From Eledone cirrhosa (lineage: Eukaryota), in the NCBI GenBank assembly GCA_964016885.1, contig OZ024740.1, positions 15,562,001 through 15,626,000 of the forward strand: a stretch of 64,000 bases of DNA, read 5' to 3'. The notes beneath the pieces are model-generated. The model was not told the origin of the DNA, made no database searches, and saw nothing but the letters and a program-made list of their open reading frames with translations. Shown here piece after piece: positions 55,801 to 64,000 of this stretch; within the stretch, counting starts at the first letter, position 1; every line of letters begins with the position of its first letter. The translations under genes were made by a program, and so were the position numbers.

Positions 55801-58800
55801 TATGTGGGTGTGACAACGATAGGGGCTATCTCTTGGTTGTTTTGGGGTATGTGGGTGTGAAACCATTACAGGCTATCTCTTGGCTGTTGGGGGGTATGTG
55901 GGTTTGACATCGTTACAGGCTAGCTGTTCGGGGGTATGTGGGTGTGGCACCAATAGAGGCTATTGCTTGGCTGTTGGTGGGTATGTGGGTGTGACACCAA
56001 TAGGGGCTATCTCTTGTCTGTTGGTGGGTAAGTGGGTGTCACACACTTACATCTTAGCTGTTGGTGGGTATGTTGGTGTGACTCCAGTAGACGCTATCTC
56101 TTGCCTGTTGGGGGGTATGTGGGTGTGACACCATCACAGGCTATCTCTTGACTGTTGGTAAGTATGTGGGTGTGACACCAATAGAAGCTATCCTTGGTTG
56201 TTGGTGGGTATGTGGATGTGACACCCATAGAGGCTACCTCTTGGCTGTTGGAGGTTATGTGGGCGTGACACCAATAGGGGCTATCTCTTGGTTGTTGGTG
56301 AGTATGTGGGTATGACAACATTACAGGCTATCTCTTGGATCTTGGTGGGTATGTGAGTGTAACACCATTACAGGCTATCTCTTGGTTGTTGGTGGGTATG
56401 TGGGTGTGACACAATCACAGGCTATCTCTTGACTGTTAGTGGGTATGTGGGTGTGACACCAGTAGAGGCTATCTCTTGGCTGTTTATGGGTATGTGGGTG
56501 TGACACCAATAGAAGCTATCCTTGGTTGTTGGTGGGTATGTGGATGTGACACCAATAGAGGCTATCTCTTGACTGTTGGAGGGTATGTGGGTGTGACACC
56601 AATACGGCTATCTCTTGGTTGTTGGTGAGTATGTGGGTGTGACAACATTACCGGCTATCTCTTGGCTGTTGGTGGATATGTGGGTGTGACACCAATAGAG
56701 GCTATGTCTTGGTTGTTGGTGTGTATGTGGGTGTTACACCATTACAGGCTATCTGTTAGGTGTTGGGGGTATGTGGGTGTCACACCAATAGGGGCTATCT
56801 CTTGGCTGTTAGAGGGTATGTGGGTGTGACACCAGTAGATGTTATCTCTTGGCTGTTGGGGCGTATGTGGGTGTGACACCAATAGGGGCTATCTCTTGGT
56901 GTTGGTGGGTAAGTGGGTGTGACACCAGTAGATGCTATATCTTGGCTGTTGGTGGGTATGTGGGTGAGACACCAATAGAGGCTATCCTTGGCTGTTGGTG
57001 GGTATGTGGGTGTCACACCAATAGAGGCTATCTCTTGGCTGTTGGTGCGTATGTGGGTGTTACACCATTACAGGCTATCTCTTGTTTGTTGGTGTGAATA
57101 GGGTGTCACACCAATAGAGGCTATCTGTTGGCTGTTGGTGGGAATGTGGGTGTCACACCAGTAGAGGCTATCTCTTGGCTGTGGTGGGTATGTGGGTGTG
57201 ACACCAGAAGAGGCTATCTCTTGGCTGTTGATGGGTATCTGGGTTTGACACCATTACAGGCTATCACTTGGTTGTTGGTGGGTATGTGGGTGTGACACCA
57301 GTAGAGGCTATCTCTTGGCTGTTGGAGGGTATATCGTTGTGACACCAACAGGGCCTATCTCTTGGTTGTTGGTGGGTATGTGGGTGTGACACCATTACAG
57401 GCTATCTCTTGGATGTTGGAGGGTATATGGTTGTGACACCAACAGGGGCTATCTCTTGGCTGTTGGGGGATATGTGGGTGTGACACCAGTAGAGGCTATT
57501 TCTTGGCTGTTGGGGGGTATGTGGGTGTCACACCAATAGGCTCTATCTCTTGGCTGTTGGTGTGTATGTGGGTGTCACACAAATAGAGGCTATTTGTTGG
57601 CTGTTGGTGGGAATGTGGGTGTCACACCAGTAGAGGCTATCTCTTGGCTGTGGTGGGTATGCGGGTATCACACGATTACAGGCTATCTCTTGGCTGTTGG
57701 TGGGTATGTGGGTTTGACACCATTACAGGCTATCCTTGGTTGTTGGTGGGTAAGTGGGTGTCACACCAGTAGAGACTATCTCTTGGCTGTTGGTGGGTAT
57801 ATTGGTGTGACTCCAGTAGAGGTTATCTCTAGGCTGTTGGTGGGTATCTGAGTGCCACACCAGTAGAGCCTATTTCTTGGCTGTTGGGGGGTATGTGGTG
57901 TCACACCAATAGAGCCTATCTCTTGGCTGTTGGGGAGTATGTGGGTTTGACACCAGTACAGGCTATCTCTTGACTGCTGGTTGGTATGTGGGTGTGACAC
58001 CAGTAGAGGCTATCTCTTGGCTGTTGGTGGGTCTGTGGGTGTGACACCAATAGAGGCTATCCTTGGTTGTTGGTGGGTATGTGGATGTCACACCAATAGA
58101 GGTTATCTCTTGGCTGTTGGTGGGTCTGTGGGTGTGACACCAATAGGGACTATCTCTTGGTTATTGGTGGGTATGTGGATGTGACACCATTACAGGCTAT
58201 CTCTTGGTTATTGGTGGGTATGTTGGAGTGACACCAAAAGAGGCTATCCTTGGTTGTTGGTGGCTATGTGGGCGTGAAACAATTACAGGCTATCTCTTGG
58301 CTGTTGGGGGGTATGTGGGTGTCACACCAGTAGAGGCTAAATCTTGGCTGTTTGTGAGTATGTGGGTGTGACACCAATAGAAGCTATCCTCTGTTGTTGG
58401 TGTGTATGTGGGTGTGACACCATTACAGGCTATCTTTTGGTTGTTGGTGAGTATGTGGGTGTCACACCAATAGAGGCTATCTCTTGGCTGTGGTGGGTAT
58501 GTGGGTGTCACACCATTACAGGCTGTCTCTTGGCTGTTGGTGGGTATGTGGGTGTCACACCAAGAGAGGCTATCTCTTGTCTGTTGGTGGGTATGTAGGT
58601 GTCACACCATTACAGGCTATCTTTTGGCTGTTGTAGGTATGAGGGTGAGACACCAGTAGACGCTATCTCTTGGCTGTTGGTGGGTATGTGGGTGTGACAC
58701 CAGTAGAGGCTATCTCTTGGCTGTTGGTGGGTATGTGGGTGTGACACCATTACAGGCTATCTCTTGGCTGTTGGGGTGTAGGTGGGTGTGACACCATTAA

Positions 58801-61800
58801 AGGCTAGCTGTTCGGGGGTATGTGTGTGTGGCACCAATAGAGGCTATACCTTGGCTGTTGGTGGGTATGTGGATGTGACACCAATACGGGCTATCTCTTG
58901 GTTGTTGGTGGATATGTGGGTGTGACACCATTACAGGCAATCTCTTGGCTGTTGGGGGGTATGTGGTGTCACACCAATAGGGTCTATCTCTTGGCTGTCG
59001 GTGGGTATGTGGGTGTGACACCAGTAGAGGTCATCTCTTGGCTGTTGGTGGGTATGTGGGTGTGACACCAGTAGAGGCTATCTCTTGGCTGTTGGGGGGT
59101 ATGTGGTGTCACACCAATAGAGGCTATCTCTTGGCTGTTGGTGGGTATGTGGGTGTGACACCATTACACGCTATCTCTTGTTTGTTGGTGTGTATGTGGG
59201 TGTGACACCAATAGAGGCTATCTCTTGGCTGTTGGTGGGTATGTGGGTGTCACACCATTACAGGCTATCTCTTGGCTATTGGAGTGCATGTGGGTGTGAC
59301 ACCATTACAGGATATCTCTTGGCTATTGGTGGGTATGTGGGTGTGACACCAGCAGAGGCTATCTCTTGGTTGTTGGTGGGTAGGTGGGTTTCACACCAGT
59401 AGAGTCTATCTCTTGGCTGTTGGTGGGTATGTGGGTGTCACACCATTACAGGCTATCTCTTGGCTGTTGGGGAGTATGTGGGTGTGACACCAGTAGAGTC
59501 TATCTCTTGGTTGTTGGTGGGTATGTGGGTGTGACACCATTACAGGCTATCTGTTGGCTGTTGGTGGGTATGTGGGTTGCACACCAGTAGAGACTATCTC
59601 TTGACTGTGGTGGGTATGTGGGTTGCACACCAATAGAGGCTATCTCTTGACTGTGGTGGGTATGTGGGTGTGACACCATTACAGGCTAACTCTTGGCTGT
59701 TGGTGGGTATGTGGGTGTGACACCAATAGGGGCTATCTCTTGGCTGTTGGTGGGTATGTGGGTGTGACACCAGTAGAGGGTATCTCTTGGGTGTTGGTGG
59801 GTATGTGGGTGTGACACCAATAGAGGCTATCTCATGGTTGTTGGTGGGTATGTGGGTGTGACACCAATAGAGGCTATCTCTTGGCTGTTGGTGGGTATGT
59901 GGCTGTCACACCATTACAGGTTATCTCTTGACTGTTGGTGAGTATGTGGATGTGACAACATTGCAGGCTATTTCTTGGCTGTTGGTGGGTATGTGGGTGT
60001 GACACCATTACAGGCTAGCTGTTCGGGGGTATGTGGGTGTGGCACCAATAGAGGCTATCTCTTGGTTGTTGGTGGGTATGTGGGTGTGGCACCAGTAGAG
60101 GCTATCTCTTGGCTGTTGGTGGGTATGTGCGTGTGACACCAGTAGGGGCTATCTCTTGGTTGTTGGTGTGAATGTGGGTGTGACACAATTACAGGCTCTC
60201 TCTTGGCTGTTGGTGGGTATTTGGGTGTGACAACATTACAGGCTATCTCTTGGCTGTTGGGTGATACGTGGGTGTGACACGATTACAGGCCCGCTGTTCG
60301 GGGGTATGTAGGTGTGGCACCAATAGAGGCTATCTCTTGGCTGTGGGTGTGTATGTGGTGTCACACCAATAGGGGCTATCTCTTGGCTGTTGGGGTGTAT
60401 GTGGGTGTGACACCAGTAGAGGCTATCATTTGGCTGTTGGCGGGTATGTGGGTGTGACACCATAACAGTCTAGATCTTGACTGTGGTGGGTATGTGAGTG
60501 TGACACCAGTAGAGGCTATCTCTTGGTTGTTGGTGTGTATGTGGGTGTGATACCAGTAGAAGCTATCACTTGGCTGTTGGTGGTTATGCGTGTGTCACAC
60601 CAATAGATGCTATCTGTTGGCTGTTGGTGGGTATGTGGGTGTGACACCATTACAGGCTATCTCTTGGCTGTTGGTAGGTATGTTGGGTGTGACGCCACTA
60701 GAGGCTATTTCATGGTTGTTGTGTGTATGTGGGTGTGTCACCATCACAGGCTATCTCTTGGCTGTTGGTGGGTATGTGCGTGTGATACCAGTACAGGCTA
60801 TCTCTTGGCTGTTGATGGGTATGTGGGTGTGAAGCCATTACAGGCTATCTCTTGGTTGTTGGTGGGTATGTGGGTGTGACACCAGTAGATGCTATCTCTT
60901 GGTTGTTGGTGGGTATGTGGGTGTGACCCCATTACAGGCCATCTCTTGGCTGTTTTGGGGTATGTGGGTGTGACACCAATAGAGGCTATCTGTTGGCTGT
61001 TGGTGAGAATGTGGGTGTCACACTAGTAGAGGCTATCTCTTGGCTGTTGGTGTATATGTGGGTGTGACAAAGTAGAGGCTATCTCTTGGCTTTTGGTGGG
61101 TATGTGGGTGTGACACCAGTAGAGGCTATCTCTTGGTTGTTGGTGGGTATGTGGGTGTGACACCAGTAGAGGCTATCTCTTGGTTGTTGGTGGGCAAGTG
61201 GGTGTGACAGCATTACAGGCTATCTCTTGGTTGTTGGTGGGTATGTGGGTATCACACGAGTAGATGCTATCTCTTGGCTGTTGCTGGGTATATGGGTGTG
61301 ACACCAGTAGAGACTACTTCTTTGCTGTTGATGGGTGTGTGGGTGTGATACCAATAAAGGCTATCTGTTGGTTGTTGGTGAGAATGTGGGTGTCACACCA
61401 GTACAAGCTATCTCTTGGTTGTTTGTGGGTATGTGGGTGTGATACCATTAGAGGCTATCTCTTGGCTGTTGGTGGGTATGTGGATGTGACACCAGTACAT
61501 GCTATCTCTTGGCTGTTGGTGGGTATGTGGGTGTGACACCAGTAGAGGCTATCTCTTGGCTGTTGGCGAGAATGTGGGTGTCACAACATTACAGGCTATC
61601 TCCTTGCTGTTGGTGGGTATGTGGGTGTGACACCAGTAGAGACTTTCTCTTGGCTGTTGGTGGGTATGTGGGTGTGACACCATTACAGGCTATCATTTGG
61701 TTGTTGCTGGGTATGTGGGTGTGACACCAATAGAGGCTATCTCTTGGCTGTTGGTAGGAATGTGGGTGTCACACCAGTAGAGGGTATCTCTTGGCTGTGG

Positions 61801-64000
61801 TTGGTATGTCGGTGTGACACCAATAAAGGCTATCTCTTGTCTGTTGGTGGGTATGTGGGTATCACACCATTACAGGCTATCTCTTGGTTGTTGGTGGGTA
61901 TGTGGGTGTGACACCAATAGGGGCTAACTCTTGGTTGTTGGTGGGTATGTGGGTGTGACACCAGTAGAGGCTATCTCTTGGCTGTTGGTGGGTATGTGGG
62001 TGTCACACCAATATAGGCTATCTCTTGGCTGTTGGTGGGTATGTGGTTGTGACACCAATAGAAGCTATCTCTTGGCTGTTGGTGGGTATGTGGGTGTAAC
62101 ACCAGTAGAGGCTATCCCTTGGCTGTTGGTGGGTATGTGTGTGTAACTCCAGTAGAGGCTATCTCTTGGCTGTTGTAGGTATGTGGGTGTGACACCATTA
62201 CAGGCTATCTCTTGGATATTCGTGGGTATGTGGGTGTGACCCCAGTAGTGGCTATCTCTTGGTTGTTGGTGGGTATGTGGGTGTGACACACATAGAGGTT
62301 ATCTCTTGGCTGTTGGAGGGTATGTGGGTGTGACACACATAGAGGTTATCTCTTGGCGGCTGGAGGGTATGTGGGTGTGACACCACTAGGAGCTATCTCT
62401 TGGTTGTTGGGGAGTATGTGGGTGTGACACCATTACAGGCTAGCTGTTCGGGGGTATGTGGTTGTGGCACCAATAGAGGCTATCTCTTGGCTGTTGGTGG
62501 GTATGTGGGTGTGACACCATTACAGGCTATCTCTTGGTTGTTGTTGGGTATGTGGGTGTGACACCATTACAGGCTATCTCTTGGCTGTTGGGCGGTATGT
62601 GGTGTCACACCAATAGGGTCTATCTCTTGGCTGTTGGTGGGTATGTGTGTGTGACACCAGTAGAGGTTATCTCTTGGCTGTTGGGGGTATGTAGGTGTGA
62701 CACAAATAGGGGCTATCTCTTGGTTGTTGGTGGGTATGTGGGTGTAACACCAGTAGAGGCTATCTCTTGGCTGTTGGTGGGTATGTGGGTGTCACACCAA
62801 TAGAGGCTATCTCTTGGCTCTTGGTGGGTATCTGGGTGTAACACCATTACAGGCTATCTCTTGGTTGTTGATGGGTATGTGGGTGTGACACCAGTAGAGG
62901 CTATCTCTTGGCTGTTGGGGGGTATGTGGGTGTGACACCATTACAGGCTATCTCTTGACTGTTGGGGGGTATGTGGGTGTGACACCATTACAGGCTAGCT
63001 GTTCGGGGGTATGTGGGTGTGGCACCAATAGAGGCTATCTCTTGGCTGTTGGTGGGTATGTGGGTGTGACACCAGTAGAGGCTATCTCTTGGCTGTTGGG
63101 GGGATATGTGGGCGTGACACCAATAGAAGCTATCTCTTGGCTGTTGGTGGGTATGTGTGTGTAACCCCAGTAGAGGCTATCTCTTGGCTGTTGTAGGTAT
63201 GTGGGTGTGACACCATTACAGGCTATCTCTTGGATATTCGTGGGTATGTGGGTGTGACACCAGTAGAGGCTATCTCTTGGTTGTTAGTGGGTATGTGGGC
63301 GTGACACCACTAGAGGCTATCCTTGGTTGTTGGTGGGTATGTGGGTGTCACACTATTACAGGCTATCTCTTCGCTGTTGGTGGGTATGTGGGTGTGACAC
63401 CAGTAGAGGCTATCTCTTGGTTGTTAGTGGGTATGTGGGCGTGACACCAATAGAGGCTATCCTTGGCTTTTGTTGAGTATGTGGGTTTGACACCAGTACA
63501 GTCTATCTCTTGACTGGAGGTGGGTATGTGGGTGTGACACCAGTAGAGGCTATCTCTTGGCTGTTGGTGGGTATGTGGGTGTGACACCAATAGGGGCTAT
63601 CTCTTGGTTGTTGGTGTGAATGTGGGTGTGACACAATTACAGGCTCTCTCTTGGCTGTTGGTGGGTATTTGGGTGTGACAACATTACAGGCTATCTCTTG
63701 GCTGTTGGGTGATACGTGGGTGTGACACGATTACAGGCCAGCTGTTCGGGGGTATGTAGGTGTGGCACCAATAGAGGCTATCTCTTGGCTGTGGGTGTGT
63801 ATGTGGTGTCACACCAATAGGGGCTATCTCTTGGCTGTTGGGGTGTATGTGGGTGTGACACCAGTAGAGGCTATCATTTGGCTGTTGGCGGGTATGTGGG
63901 TGTGACACCATAACAGTCTAGATCTTGACTGTGGTGGGTATGTGAGTGTGACACCAGTAGAGGCTATCTCTTTGTTGTTGGTGTGTATGTGGGTGTGATA
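52885..64000. repeat. Satellite array B, 47-bp monomer GTGACACCA(G/A/T)TA(G/C)AGGCTATCTCTTGGCTGTTGGTGGGTATGTGGGT
   Basis: Head-to-tail to the window end, about 235 monomers by length/unit estimate. Visibly more diverged than array A and strongly G/T-rich on +. Confidence 0.99.

Noticed and set aside
52949-63911. Numerous 64-140 aa ORFs in satellite B
   Set aside because: A 47-bp unit is not a multiple of three; the peptides cycle through the three frames of the monomer.

Overview
Eukaryotic, repeat-dominated window with no confidently supported protein-coding gene. It is most likely cephalopod (Octopus-like); this is inferred from recalled SINE types and the microsatellite load. Layout: (1) 1-45050, a tandem satellite of 34/39-bp monomers with nested block duplications; (2) 45050-52880, a complex island with a hairpin followed by a degenerate TTAGGG tract, microsatellites, a tRNA-derived SINE split by nested inserts, and 19-, 29-, 55/57- and 82-bp minisatellites; (3) 52885-64000, a second, more diverged 47-bp satellite. 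The main finding is two unrelated minimal type I hammerhead ribozyme motifs on the minus strand (49990-50034 and 50614-50679). Each sits in a (TA)n-flanked segment carrying an inverted partial self-copy, the architecture known for Penelope-like element pseudo-LTRs. In the first, the 162-bp inverted arm begins 2 nt from the predicted self-cleavage site. Nearly all ORFs in the supplied track are translations of repeats. All calls were made by eye, with no database search or folding computation.
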